DNA from: Deinococcales bacterium
Lineage (GTDB): Bacteria; Deinococcota; Deinococci; Deinococcales; JAAFIG01
Assembly (NCBI GenBank): GCA_031414595.1
Contig: JANNVX010000100.1
Location: 1-62,391, forward strand
Length of the DNA stretch: 62,391 bases
Direction: 5' to 3'
Shown: piece after piece, positions 31,976-41,554 of the stretch
How positions within the stretch are numbered: position 1 is the first letter of the stretch
Layout of the letters: every line of letters starts with the position of its first letter
The notes under the pieces: generated by a model
Told to the model about the DNA's origin: nothing
Seen by the model: the letters and a program-made list of their open reading frames with translations, nothing else
Databases searched by the model: none
Program-made: the position numbers and the translations under genes

Positions 31976-33007
31976 TTATCTTCCGTAGTAGTTTTCGCTC
32001 GAGTCGAGCGCATCGCGCAGAATTGGAATCATGTCTAGGGCTTTACCTGTGCCAAGTGCCACGGCTTGAATCGCGTTTGGGGCAATAATGACTGGGATAC
32101 CAGTGGCTTGACGCAAGCGTTCATCAAGGTTGCGGAGCATTGCGCCTCCACCTGTTAAAATGATGCCTCGGTCTATGATGTCGGAAACCAGTTCGGGCGG
32201 GGTTGACTCGAGAACTTGTTTGACCAAATCCACAATTTTTTGAACTGGTTCTTGTAGCGCATCGGCAATATCGGCACTGGTTAATTGCACGGTTTTAGGC
32301 AATCCGTTAATCAGGTCGCGTCCACGAACCTCGGCAGTTAAAATCGTGTCCTCGGCGGTTAGCGTAGCTGCCCCAATTTTGACTTTTAGTTCTTCGGAAC
32401 TGCGCTCACCAATCATCAGGTTTTCTTTGCGACGCACGTACTTAATGATGCTTTCATCAAATTCGTTGCCAGCAATTTTAATGCTGCGCGAAACCACAAT
32501 ACCGCCCAAGCTAATGACCGCAATATCGGTTGAGCCACCGCCAATGTCCACAATAATACTGCCCGTCGGCTCGGCAATTTGCACCCCCGCACCAATCGCG
32601 GCTGCCATCGGTTCTTCGATTAAATAAACTTTTCGCGCCCGCTCACGCACTGCCGTGATAATGCCGCGCTTCTCGAGGTTGGTGACTCCACTTGGCACAC
32701 CGACCATAATTGTTGGACGTAAAAACCGAGCGTAACCGGTAATCACTTTATCTAAGAACTTGGTCAGCATTCGTTTGGTCAGTTCAAAGTCGGCAATCAC
32801 ACCATCTTTAATCGGACGTACCGCCACGATATTGCCCGGTGTACGCCCAATCATGCGGTAAGCCTCTTCGCCCACTGCTTTGACTTCTTTAGAGTCCCTG
32901 ACCATTGCAATCACCGAGGGTTCTTGCAAGACAATGCCTTTGCCACGAATGTAAATCAAGAAATTTGCTGTACCCAAATCAATTCCGATGTCCTCTACAA
33001 GTTTCAC
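31976..33007 (-). CDS. mreB: Rod shape-determining protein MreB
   Basis: GIDLGTAN, IEEPMAAAIGAG, VDIGGGSTD, LTGGGAML. Confidence 0.97.
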   Translation of the reverse strand: MKLVEDIGIDLGTANFLIYIRGKGIVLQEPSVIAMVRDSKEVKAVGEEAYRMIGRTPGNIVAVRPIKDGVIADFELTKRMLTKFLDKVITGYARFLRPTIMVGVPSGVTNLEKRGIITAVRERARKVYLIEEPMAAAIGAGVQIAEPTGSIIVDIGGGSTDIAVISLGGIVVSRSIKIAGNEFDESIIKYVRRKENLMIGERSSEELKVKIGAATLTAEDTILTAEVRGRDLINGLPKTVQLTSADIADALQEPVQKIVDLVKQVLESTPPELVSDIIDRGIILTGGGAMLRNLDERLRQATGIPVIIAPNAIQAVALGTGKALDMIPILRDALDSSENYYGR

Positions 33008-33137
33008 GCCATCTCCTAGCTACGCAGTCTAACTGCGAATATCCATAATTTATACTGCGCCAATAAAAAAGCGCGAGTCTCGAGGTGCGAGTATACATCT
33101 TTAGGTGTGCAAGGCATAAGAGAGGTAAACTAGCCCA

Positions 33138-34085
33138 GTGACCCTAGGCTTTTTGTTGCGCCGAGTTTTAACTGCCCTGATGACGCTACTGCTTGCCAGT
33201 GTGATGGTCTTTTTTGCAATGCTGCTTGTTCCCGGCGACCCTGTGCAACTGATTCTTGGCTTAAATTATGACCCAAACCAATATGCGGTGCTGCAAAAAC
33301 AATTGGGTTTGGATAAACCACCACTCGAGCGGTTCTTGGTCTGGCTGGCTGGAATCCCGCAAGGCGACCTAGGCAAAAGCATCAGTTTAAGTAAAGAAGT
33401 GAGTACCTTAATCTGGGATAGGCTACCGATTACCCTGCCTTTGGTTGGACTCTCGAGCCTGCTGGCACTGGTTATTGCCCTACCTGCCGGAGTTTATGCG
33501 GCTCGGCACAGGGGCAGCCTTGCCGATGTACTGGTTGTGACCCTGACCCAAATTGGACTGGCGATTCCGAGTTTCTGGCTTGGGATTATGTTTGTGCTGC
33601 TTTTTGCCGTCACCCTTGGTTGGCTACCCGCCAATGGCTGGACAAACTGGTCAGACGACCCGCTCAAAGCCGCCCGTAGCCTCGTCATGCCTGTGCTGAC
33701 CTTGGCGCTTGGACAAGCGGCTGGACTGGTACGGATGGTGCGTTCTAGTGTGATTGAAACCCAAAGCCAAGACTTTGTTCGCACTGCCCGTTCCAAGGGT
33801 TTACTCGAGGGTGTGGTGATTCGTAAGCATATTTTACGTAACGCAGCCATTAACATCATCACGCTGCTTGGGATTCAATTTGGGCAATTACTGGCTGGCG
33901 GAATTGTGGTTGAAAGTGTTTTTAATATCCCTGGACTGGGCTTACTTGGCTTAGGCGCAGTTCGCTTTGGCGATTATCCTTTGGTGCAGGGCGTGGTTTT
34001 TGTGATTGCGGCGATGATTGTTTTTATTAACTTAATTGTTGACCTGATGTACGGCGCACTTGACCCTAGAATTCGTTACGACTGA
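33138..34085 (+). CDS. Peptide/nickel ABC transporter permease, DppB-like
   Basis: VPGDP, LGLDKP, DFVRTARSKGL EAA loop, DPRIRY. Confidence 0.92.
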   Translation: MTLGFLLRRVLTALMTLLLASVMVFFAMLLVPGDPVQLILGLNYDPNQYAVLQKQLGLDKPPLERFLVWLAGIPQGDLGKSISLSKEVSTLIWDRLPITLPLVGLSSLLALVIALPAGVYAARHRGSLADVLVVTLTQIGLAIPSFWLGIMFVLLFAVTLGWLPANGWTNWSDDPLKAARSLVMPVLTLALGQAAGLVRMVRSSVIETQSQDFVRTARSKGLLEGVVIRKHILRNAAINIITLLGIQFGQLLAGGIVVESVFNIPGLGLLGLGAVRFGDYPLVQGVVFVIAAMIVFINLIVDLMYGALDPRIRYD

Positions 34086-34528
34086 TTCTGGGCTTCAGCC
34101 ACCCACAATGGCACAAGCCCAGACACCAAAATTCGTTTCTCGAGTTGCAAATCAAAAGTAAGAAATTGCAAATCACTGGATAGTGAATGGAGCGTAACAG
34201 CCGTTGCGACATGAACAGCATCGCAACCTTTGAGTAAATGCGTATCGGCTAATGCACCCGCTAACAACGCCAAAGGATGACTGACCTGTAAGGACTGAAC
34301 CATTTTCCAGTCACGTTCAAAATCATGGCTTGCTTGAATAAATTCTTTTTGGGTAATGCGTTTGTTGTGCCGCAAAGACCGAAAAGCCGCCCGAACTTCG
34401 GCATAAGTAATCACACTCGAGGCGGTTGTTTGCGCCTGAGCAATCGCTTGCCCAGTCAGCACTGCATGGTTAGGATTGTCATTGGCGTACAAAGATACAA
34501 AAGCATTGCTGTCAATGTAAAGTTTCAC
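34076..34528 (-). CDS. PIN-domain (VapC-like) toxin
   Basis: LYIDSNAFV, YAEVRAA, LKGCDAVHVATA, FLTFDLQL. Confidence 0.88.
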   Translation of the reverse strand: MKLYIDSNAFVSLYANDNPNHAVLTGQAIAQAQTTASSVITYAEVRAAFRSLRHNKRITQKEFIQASHDFERDWKMVQSLQVSHPLALLAGALADTHLLKGCDAVHVATAVTLHSLSSDLQFLTFDLQLEKRILVSGLVPLWVAEAQNQS

Positions 34529-34920
34529 CGCCGTCCATCCCGAATAATTTCAACGATACTTGAGCCAGTACCACGAATCCGCACCGACCCAATCGAGCCA
34601 ATCGGTTTACCAGTCATACTCGCTTTTTTAACAGTCTTAGCTGCATTTGCCACCAACAAAGCAAAATCGGGTTCTTTGGTCGTCTCTAAAAATGCCTCAT
34701 TTGGGGTTGTTTCAAGTAAATCGTTAATTGTGACGGGTTGACCAATAATTTTCTCGAGGGCAGTAATAACTTGTCCTACAGTAGCCAAGTCAATTCGCTG
34801 AGCCGGTTTTCTAGCAAGGTCGTAAATGGTATTGGGCGATAGGGTCGTTTCTTTAACAATTCGGTAAGGACTGACCGCATGTTGTACCAGAAATTTATTT
34901 AGATTCAAACGGATGTTCAT
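34525..34920 (-). CDS. Xre/Cro-type HTH protein, putative antitoxin
   Basis: VSPYRIVKETTLSPNTIYDL..RIDLAT HTH; C-terminal SIVEIIRDGRR; GTGA overlap with the PIN gene. Confidence 0.75.
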   Translation of the reverse strand: MNIRLNLNKFLVQHAVSPYRIVKETTLSPNTIYDLARKPAQRIDLATVGQVITALEKIIGQPVTINDLLETTPNEAFLETTKEPDFALLVANAAKTVKKASMTGKPIGSIGSVRIRGTGSSIVEIIRDGRR

Positions 34921-34930
34921 AATTTACGAA

Positions 34931-34966
34931 TATATCATACTCCGATAAGTTGCGTAGTATGATATA
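34931..34966. promoter_or_regulatory. Perfect 11-bp inverted repeat, putative autoregulatory operator
   Basis: TATATCATACT-N14-AGTATGATATA just upstream of the HTH gene. Confidence 0.65.
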
Positions 34967-35024
34967 GGTTGTTTCTCAAAAAGCATTGCATCGGCTCGAG
35001 TCACCACTTAGAATGACTTCGGAT

Positions 35025-35384
35025 ATGAGTTCAACAACTTCTACAATTCATGACCCAGCGCCAAGACGCTTACCTACCGATATGCCGACATTAAAACAAA
35101 TCGCGGCTCGAGTGGCAGAATTTACTGGGGCAAAAAAAGTGATTGTCTTTGGCAGTGTGGCACGTGGCGACACTAACGAAAACAGTGACCTTGACTTACT
35201 TTTATTGCTCGAGGATGGTGCTAATTTATGGGATGCAGCCCTAAAAGCCCAAGATGCCTTTTGCCCAAGGTACTTTCCAATGGATTTTGTGCCGATGACC
35301 TTATCGCAGTTCAAAGAAAACAACACGCCACTGGCAATTGTCGTGGCTCGAGAAGGAAAGGTGTTATATGGCAAATCCGCGTGA
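35025..35384 (+). CDS. Minimal nucleotidyltransferase (MntA-type antitoxin family)
   Basis: VFGSVARGD..ENSDLDLL, REGKVLYG; start uncertain. Confidence 0.85.
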   Translation: MSSTTSTIHDPAPRRLPTDMPTLKQIAARVAEFTGAKKVIVFGSVARGDTNENSDLDLLLLLEDGANLWDAALKAQDAFCPRYFPMDFVPMTLSQFKENNTPLAIVVAREGKVLYGKSA

Positions 35385-35421
35385 TTATGCAAGGCATGAA
35401 CTCAAATTGGAAACCGAATGA
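35368..35421 (+). pseudogene. Possible truncated HEPN-partner remnant (MANPRDYARHELKLETE*)
   Basis: 17-codon ORF with a purine-rich RBS overlapping the nucleotidyltransferase end, where a HEPN gene normally lies. Confidence 0.35.
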
Positions 35422-35486
35422 ACTCGAGGCAATAAAGTGTTGACTTCGTATACAATTGTTATCATGAAGATTTTGCGAGTAAAACC

Positions 35487-36584
35487 ATGATTGCTCAAAT
35501 TAGTTTACCCACTGCAACTAAGCAACGCTTAGGGCTACCAAAGCAGCCTTTACTCAATCAAATCACTTGTGGCGATAGTGCCGTACTTCTAAAAAATCTT
35601 AGCAGCGACAGTATTGATTTGGTCATTACCTCACCTCCTTATTTTCAGCAGCGTGATTATGGCAGTGGTGGTATTGGCAACGAAAAGAGCTCAGAAGATT
35701 ATATTGCTGCCCTACTCGAGATTTTTAAGGAATGCGTGCGCGTTCTTAAGCCTACTGGTAGCATTATTTTTAACTTAGGCGACAAATACGAAGATGGAAG
35801 CCTGATGATGCTCCCATACCGTTTTGCCATTGCAGCCACCAACCAAACAAAGGTGAGTTTAGTCAATCAAATCACTTGGTTAAAAACCAATCCAACACCA
35901 CGGCAATTTAAGCGCCGTTTGGTCAGCAGTACAGAACCATTTTTTCATTTTGTAAAATCAAACACTTATCAGTATTTTATTGATGATTACTTAGCGCCAC
36001 TGGAAATGACCAAGCCAACCAGTGCTGGGGGAAATGTTGGACAAAAATACTTTGGCTTAATTGAGCAATCCAATTTGACCGATGCACAAAAAACAATGGC
36101 GCGTGATGCACTCGAGCAGATTATTGAAGAAGTTAAACGAGGTGAGCTTCAAGGTTTTCGGATGAAAATCCGAGGAATACACTCCGAGCCTTTTGGCGGG
36201 CAAGAAGGTGGACGAAAAATTCAACTTGATAAAAATGGGTTTACCTTGATTCGTGTTTATGGCAACCCGCTTAAAAAAGATGCGCTAATTTCGCCTGTTG
36301 AATCCATTAAGAATTGTCCACACCCTGCTATTTATCCTGTTAAAATCATTGCCGAGTTGATTAAATTACTGACTCGAGAAGGGGATATTGTGCTTGACCC
36401 GTTTCTTGGGTCGGGTTCAACTGCGGTGGCAGCGGTGCAGAATAAACGCCAGTACATCGGTTTTGAAATTAGTCAAGAATACTGTGATTTTGCCAGACAG
36501 CGTTTAGAAAATTTATCAACATCAAAACCCATCGCTAAGCAACAACTTGCTTTTTGGGAGAATTATGCCAGTCCATCCAAATGA
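35487..36584 (+). CDS. Beta-class amino DNA methyltransferase (probably N4-cytosine)
   Basis: ITSPPY before HPAIYP and LDPFLGSGST. Confidence 0.9.
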   Translation: MIAQISLPTATKQRLGLPKQPLLNQITCGDSAVLLKNLSSDSIDLVITSPPYFQQRDYGSGGIGNEKSSEDYIAALLEIFKECVRVLKPTGSIIFNLGDKYEDGSLMMLPYRFAIAATNQTKVSLVNQITWLKTNPTPRQFKRRLVSSTEPFFHFVKSNTYQYFIDDYLAPLEMTKPTSAGGNVGQKYFGLIEQSNLTDAQKTMARDALEQIIEEVKRGELQGFRMKIRGIHSEPFGGQEGGRKIQLDKNGFTLIRVYGNPLKKDALISPVESIKNCPHPAIYPVKIIAELIKLLTREGDIVLDPFLGSGSTAVAAVQNKRQYIGFEISQEYCDFARQRLENLSTSKPIAKQQLAFWENYASPSK

Positions 36585-37701
36585 AATTTTAGAAACGGCT
36601 TTGCAGACCGCTCGAGAAAATCCCAAGATTCAATTGCCAAATGATTGTCTGCAAAATCTTAAAATCATCGTGCAGAATGCAGATAAACAAAAAGCTGTCC
36701 TTGGTGCAACACTGACTTCATCGGCTTATAAAATTTTTAATCCGAATCAGGACATTCGATTACACCAAGAAGGCATGGTGGGTGGTTATTCAGCCAGAAC
36801 CTTCGATACCAAGTTTATGACCCCTTTTGTAAGAAAATACTTCCCACATTTTGCAATGGCAGAAAGTGCTTGGCTAACACGTTCGCTCGAGCAGCCTCAT
36901 CCTTTTACACTGGATTTTCCCGGTAAAATCCGTAACCCATTATTAAAAACAGCTTTTTTGCAAGTCATGGATTTTCTCGAGCAGTATCCAAATCAAGCTG
37001 TCAATGTGCTATCTGGTTTGTTTGTATTGCTATTTGAAATCACAAAAGATGATGATTTGTTATTTGAGGTTTTAGAAACAAACGAAGTCAGTATTACCAA
37101 AATAATAGATGCGATTACTCAACACATCAGATATTCTTATCCACAAGGAACAGTTGGTACAGCACGACTTCCAGTGCTTGCGATGTATGCTATTTACCGC
37201 CTATTACTACCAGACTTAAAGCGTTATGAAGGTAAAATACTCGCGCCGCTCGAGTCCCATACCAGCCCAGATTCGCGTTCTAAAGCCTTGGGGGACATTG
37301 ATATTCTCAATACCAATCAAAGCTCTTTTGAGGCTGTTGAAATTAAGCATAATAAACCCATTAGTGCCGAAATGATTGATCTTGCTTATCAAAAAATCAA
37401 AACAAGTCAGACAGACCGTTACTATATTCTGACAACCAATGAACCAAACGTATCTGACCAAACCTTGGTCACTCAAACAATCGAAAAATACAAACAACGT
37501 CACGCTTGCCAGTTTATTGTGAATGGCGTGATACCGTCCTTAAAGTATTATTTAAGGCTCATTAGTCAACCACAAGAATTTTTAGCTGAGTACACGCATT
37601 TACTCGAAACAGAGTTTAAGCGCGGTAGTGGTATTAAGAAACAGCATTTGCAAGTTTGGCAGCAGATTTGTCAAACTGTTTTGAATCAGGATACCCCATG
37701 A
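36565..37701 (+). CDS. Putative type II restriction endonuclease, PD-(D/E)xK
   Basis: GDIDI...EAVEIK catalytic-like motif; overlaps the methyltransferase gene. Confidence 0.75.
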   Translation: MPVHPNEILETALQTARENPKIQLPNDCLQNLKIIVQNADKQKAVLGATLTSSAYKIFNPNQDIRLHQEGMVGGYSARTFDTKFMTPFVRKYFPHFAMAESAWLTRSLEQPHPFTLDFPGKIRNPLLKTAFLQVMDFLEQYPNQAVNVLSGLFVLLFEITKDDDLLFEVLETNEVSITKIIDAITQHIRYSYPQGTVGTARLPVLAMYAIYRLLLPDLKRYEGKILAPLESHTSPDSRSKALGDIDILNTNQSSFEAVEIKHNKPISAEMIDLAYQKIKTSQTDRYYILTTNEPNVSDQTLVTQTIEKYKQRHACQFIVNGVIPSLKYYLRLISQPQEFLAEYTHLLETEFKRGSGIKKQHLQVWQQICQTVLNQDTP

Positions 37702-38549
37702 ATCAAATCACCTCTCAAACTCCAGAACTCGAGCCTAAGCCCACGGCACGTCTCGAGTTTAACTTGCTGTTTGGTTTTGCCACCCTTGGCTTGCTGCTTT
37801 TTGCGGCGCTGCTGGGTTTAATTTGGACTCCGCACAACCCAACATTTCAGAATTTTGCGGTACAACTGCAAAGCCCAAGCCTGACTTATCCACTTGGCAC
37901 AGATAACTTTGGACGCGACACTTTATCCAGATTGCTGCGTGGCGCAAGTACCAGTGTTCTGGTGGGTTTAATCAGTGTTGGCATCGGCTCGAGCCTAGGC
38001 TTGTTGCTGGGCATGATTTCAGGCTGGCTTGGCGGGTTAATAGATGACATTATCATGCGAATTTTGGACGCACTTTCGGCGTTTCCAACGATTTTACTGG
38101 CACTTTTAATCGCTGTTATTCTCCGCCCGAACATTTGGAGTGCCATGCTTGCCGTGGGAATCTCGAGTATCCCAACCTTTGCACGACTGACTCGAGCCGG
38201 TGTCATTGCCACCAAAAACCTAGATTTTATTGATAGCGCCAGAGCTTTAGGCGCTCGAGATGCCCGTTTGATGTTCAGGCATGTCTTGCCCAATATCGCT
38301 TCGGCATTGATTGTTCAAGCCACTTTTGCCTTTGGCATTGCAATTCTAGCCGAAGCTGCGCTTTCTTACCTTGGGCTTGGGACGCAACCCCCCGCCCCAA
38401 GTTGGGGTGTGATGCTGCGCGATGCCCAAACCTTTATTTACCAGAGTGCTTGGGCAACGATTTTTCCCGGTTTAACGATAGCCATAACCGTACTAGGACT
38501 TAATTTATTAGGTGATGGACTGCGTGACCGACTTGACCCTCGGCGTTAA
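37698..38549 (+). CDS. Peptide/nickel ABC transporter permease, DppC-like
   Basis: PLGTDNFGRD, FIDSARALGA, LSYLGLG..PSWG, NLLGDGLRD. Confidence 0.92.
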   Translation: MNQITSQTPELEPKPTARLEFNLLFGFATLGLLLFAALLGLIWTPHNPTFQNFAVQLQSPSLTYPLGTDNFGRDTLSRLLRGASTSVLVGLISVGIGSSLGLLLGMISGWLGGLIDDIIMRILDALSAFPTILLALLIAVILRPNIWSAMLAVGISSIPTFARLTRAGVIATKNLDFIDSARALGARDARLMFRHVLPNIASALIVQATFAFGIAILAEAALSYLGLGTQPPAPSWGVMLRDAQTFIYQSAWATIFPGLTIAITVLGLNLLGDGLRDRLDPRR

Positions 38550-40627
38550 AGCTGCACCTCGAGAATCGGCAACATTACACTCGAGAAATCCCCAATTTGC
38601 AATTCTAAACCAATTTCTTGCCAAGCCATGCCCGAACGAATCACATCGCCAATTTGGTAAAGCCCATTTGGTTTAAGCCCAGCCAAGTGAATTGGTGGGA
38701 GTTTTACGGGGTCTGGTGCGTGGGTGCGAAAAGCAAACAGCACCGCTTGACTTTGGTCAAAGCTAACGTACATCAGACTCGAGAAGAAACTTGTGAAGGC
38801 ACTTCTAAGGCGGTACAACTGCCCATTTTGAATAATTTGCCGTACTGCTTTGTACTCGAGAATGAGTTTTTTGGCTTGTTGGCGCTCGGTGCTATTCCAG
38901 TGGTGCAAATTTGCGCCAATGCCAAGTAAACCCGCCATTGAAACATGGAATCTAAACTCGAGTGACAGGTGTTTAGCGCCCATATCCGTAACCCATGCCT
39001 CCATCGTGTTGGCTGGATAAACCTGCGAGTATCCTTCTTGAATTTGTAAGCGCATGGTTGGTTCGGTCATGTCTGAAATCCAAACTTGGTCGGCAAAGCG
39101 CAGAATCCCAAGGTCGGCACGTCCGCCGCCACCAGAGCAAGATTGCCAAATCACATCGGGATGCGCCCCTCTTAAAGTTCCCCAGACACGGTACAGCCCT
39201 TCAACGTAACGCACCCAAATGGCTCGAGGTTCGTCCTTGTCTTGCCAGCCCGGTTCGGTCACATTGCGGTTCATGTCCCATTTGATAAAAGTAATCTTGT
39301 GTTTGGATAGTAAATCGTCTATCAAGGCAATTAGATAATCTTGAACTTCAACTCGAGCTAAATTCAGAATCATTTGATTGCGGGCTTCGGTGCGAGCGCG
39401 GGTGGGGAAATGAATCACCCAATCTGGATGAGCGCGGTATAACTCAGAATCTGCACTGACCATCTCTGGCTCGAGCCATAAGCCAAAATCCATGCCAAGC
39501 GCACCCACTTTTTCAATCAGTGGATTTAGACCATTAGGGAATTTAGTCTCATCTGCCCACCAATCGCCCAGTGCGGCGTTATCTAGGTTGCGCCGGTGGA
39601 ACCAACCATCATCTAAAACAAACAGTTCCACACCCATTTCGGCGGCAATTTCGGCAAGGGCTACTTGGTCTGGCTGGTTGACATTAAACATTGTGGATTC
39701 CCAAGAATTATATAAAACTTTGCGAAGCTGATGTTTGTGCGGCAAAACCATTTCGCGCACATAGCGGTGTAAAACTCGACTGGCAGCCCCAAAACCAGCC
39801 CTCGAGTAACCACCTAAACTGCTTGGCGTAATGTAGGACTGCCCAGCTTCCAGTTGCAGTGCAAAATCCCAATCGTTGATGCCAATCCCAAGGCGGGTTT
39901 GTCCGTGGATGGTGCTTTCGGCGGTCAGTTTCCAATTGCCACTCCATGCCAAAGCCCCAAACCAAACTTCGCCTGTTTCTTCGCTGGCTGGATTCTGTAC
40001 AGTATCCACAGCAAACCATGGGTTGTTCTGATGACTGCTGGTGATTCGCCGTGACTCGAGGACTTTTGTGCCAAGGTCAAGCACTTCGCGGTGGATTTGG
40101 GTTTCTTTGAACCAAGCCCCAGCCAAGTGACTTAAACGGTATTGTCGGTGGGCTGGTGGATGCCACTGGCTCGAGAAAACCCGCTCGAGTTTAACAGGGT
40201 TGGCATCGTTATTCTGCACCGTCACAAATCGCTCGATCAGGTCAAGCTCGGCATGAACACGGTAATGCAGGGTGATTAAAAGCGGATAATGTGTATCTTT
40301 TAGCACAATTTGCAATTCGTTGTGTTCAATTTGGCTCGAGACAAAAACCAGTACCGCATCGCGGACACCATCGGCAAAACTGACTTTTAAGCATGGTTCA
40401 ATGTACTTATTGCCTGCATAAGCTGGAAATTCCTCGGGCAGTATATCGGCTGCACCACTAAAGGCAGCCCAACCGTCAGATTCGCTTGGTGCAGGATAAT
40501 CTTCGGCTCGAGGCAGTTTAACACCCCAATACGAATGAATCAGTAAGCCTTGGCTGTTCAATCCAAAAGCATAAGCTGTACGGGTCGTCTCGAGAATCCA
40601 AGTGTTTGCTGTGGGAATAATTGCCAT
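38546..40627 (-). CDS. Alpha-galactosidase, GH36
   Basis: YNSWE, FVLDDGWF, FGLWLEPEMV, IKWDMNR, CSGGGGRAD, WISD. Confidence 0.95.
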   Translation of the reverse strand: MAIIPTANTWILETTRTAYAFGLNSQGLLIHSYWGVKLPRAEDYPAPSESDGWAAFSGAADILPEEFPAYAGNKYIEPCLKVSFADGVRDAVLVFVSSQIEHNELQIVLKDTHYPLLITLHYRVHAELDLIERFVTVQNNDANPVKLERVFSSQWHPPAHRQYRLSHLAGAWFKETQIHREVLDLGTKVLESRRITSSHQNNPWFAVDTVQNPASEETGEVWFGALAWSGNWKLTAESTIHGQTRLGIGINDWDFALQLEAGQSYITPSSLGGYSRAGFGAASRVLHRYVREMVLPHKHQLRKVLYNSWESTMFNVNQPDQVALAEIAAEMGVELFVLDDGWFHRRNLDNAALGDWWADETKFPNGLNPLIEKVGALGMDFGLWLEPEMVSADSELYRAHPDWVIHFPTRARTEARNQMILNLARVEVQDYLIALIDDLLSKHKITFIKWDMNRNVTEPGWQDKDEPRAIWVRYVEGLYRVWGTLRGAHPDVIWQSCSGGGGRADLGILRFADQVWISDMTEPTMRLQIQEGYSQVYPANTMEAWVTDMGAKHLSLEFRFHVSMAGLLGIGANLHHWNSTERQQAKKLILEYKAVRQIIQNGQLYRLRSAFTSFFSSLMYVSFDQSQAVLFAFRTHAPDPVKLPPIHLAGLKPNGLYQIGDVIRSGMAWQEIGLELQIGDFSSVMLPILEVQL

Positions 40628-40663
40628 GTACAGAAGTATAACGTAAGGAAACTGGCAGACTGC

Positions 40664-40704
40664 TCGGTATGAGAGCTTGCTTTCTCATCGGTAAGAGAGC
40701 TTGC
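40664..40704. promoter_or_regulatory. 17-bp direct repeat with overlapping dyad upstream of sodA
   Basis: TCGGTA(T/A)GAGAGCTTGC at 40664 and 40688; ATGAGA-N8-TCTCAT. Confidence 0.5.
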
Positions 40705-40771
40705 AGACTCGCTCATCGAGATTCGGTACACTAATACTCAGTCGCCAATGCGACATTTTAAGGAGAAAATC

Positions 40772-41374
40772 ATGAAATACGAATTACCAGCCCTGACCTA
40801 CGCCCATGATGCCCTAGAGCCTCATATTGACACCGCCACGATGCAGATTCATCATGGCAAGCACCATCAAGCCTATGTCAATAACTTAAACGCTGCCCTC
40901 GAGAAACACCCCGAATTTGACATGCCACTCGAGACGATGCTACACGACCTGAGTCAAGTACCGGAAAGCATTCGTGGTGCAGTTCGTAACAACGGCGGCG
41001 GACATTATAACCATGCTTTTTTCTGGACTTTGATGACCCCCGGCGGCTCGAGTAGCCCCGTTGGTGGGCTGTCCGAAGCAATTACGGCAATGGGTGGTTT
41101 AGACACCCTAAAAGAAAAAATCAATACCGCAGGAGCAACCCGTTTTGGTTCAGGTTGGGCTTGGCTTGTGGTTAAAAACGGGGCATTGGAAGTGCTTTCA
41201 ACCGCCAACCAAGATACCCCGCTCGAGTTAGGTGCAAAACCAGTTTTGGCTGTCGATGTTTGGGAACATGCTTATTACCTGAACTATCAAAATTTGCGTC
41301 CAAAGTACCTCGAGTCTTGGTGGAATGTGGTCAATTGGGATATGGCAGAAAAGAATTACCAAGCTGCTAAGTAA
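40772..41374 (+). CDS. sodA: Superoxide dismutase, Mn-type
   Basis: [31 protein letters not shown]. Confidence 0.93.
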   Translation: MKYELPALTYAHDALEPHIDTATMQIHHGKHHQAYVNNLNAALEKHPEFDMPLETMLHDLSQVPESIRGAVRNNGGGHYNHAFFWTLMTPGGSSSPVGGLSEAITAMGGLDTLKEKINTAGATRFGSGWAWLVVKNGALEVLSTANQDTPLELGAKPVLAVDVWEHAYYLNYQNLRPKYLESWWNVVNWDMAEKNYQAAK

Positions 41375-41386
41375 ATGTATATTTGC

Positions 41387-41416
41387 AATCACCTCAGTTT
41401 TTGGGGTGATTTTTTT
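41387..41416 (+). terminator. Rho-independent terminator after sodA
   Basis: AATCACCTCA/TGGGGTGATT stem followed by a T run. Confidence 0.75.
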
Positions 41417-41515
41417 ATATCTAAACACAAAACGCAACAAGCCTTGATTTTTCGAGAATCGCGACTTAGGGTAAAAAAATACTTTCTCTGACTATATTGT
41501 TTCGCTCTGAGCCAT

Positions 41516-41547
41516 GTTGCGATCTTGTCACGCTAGATTTGTACACT
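41516..41547 (+). promoter_or_regulatory. Promoter box GTTGCGAT-N3-GTCACG-N9-TACACT
   Basis: Same architecture recurs at 43562-43593. Confidence 0.6.
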
Positions 41548-41554
41548 TCATACA

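Noticed and set aside
35487-36584. This methyltransferase as the cause of CTCGAG enrichment
   Set aside because: No evidence of specificity; restriction-linked sites are usually depleted rather than enriched, and the gene sits in an accessory island
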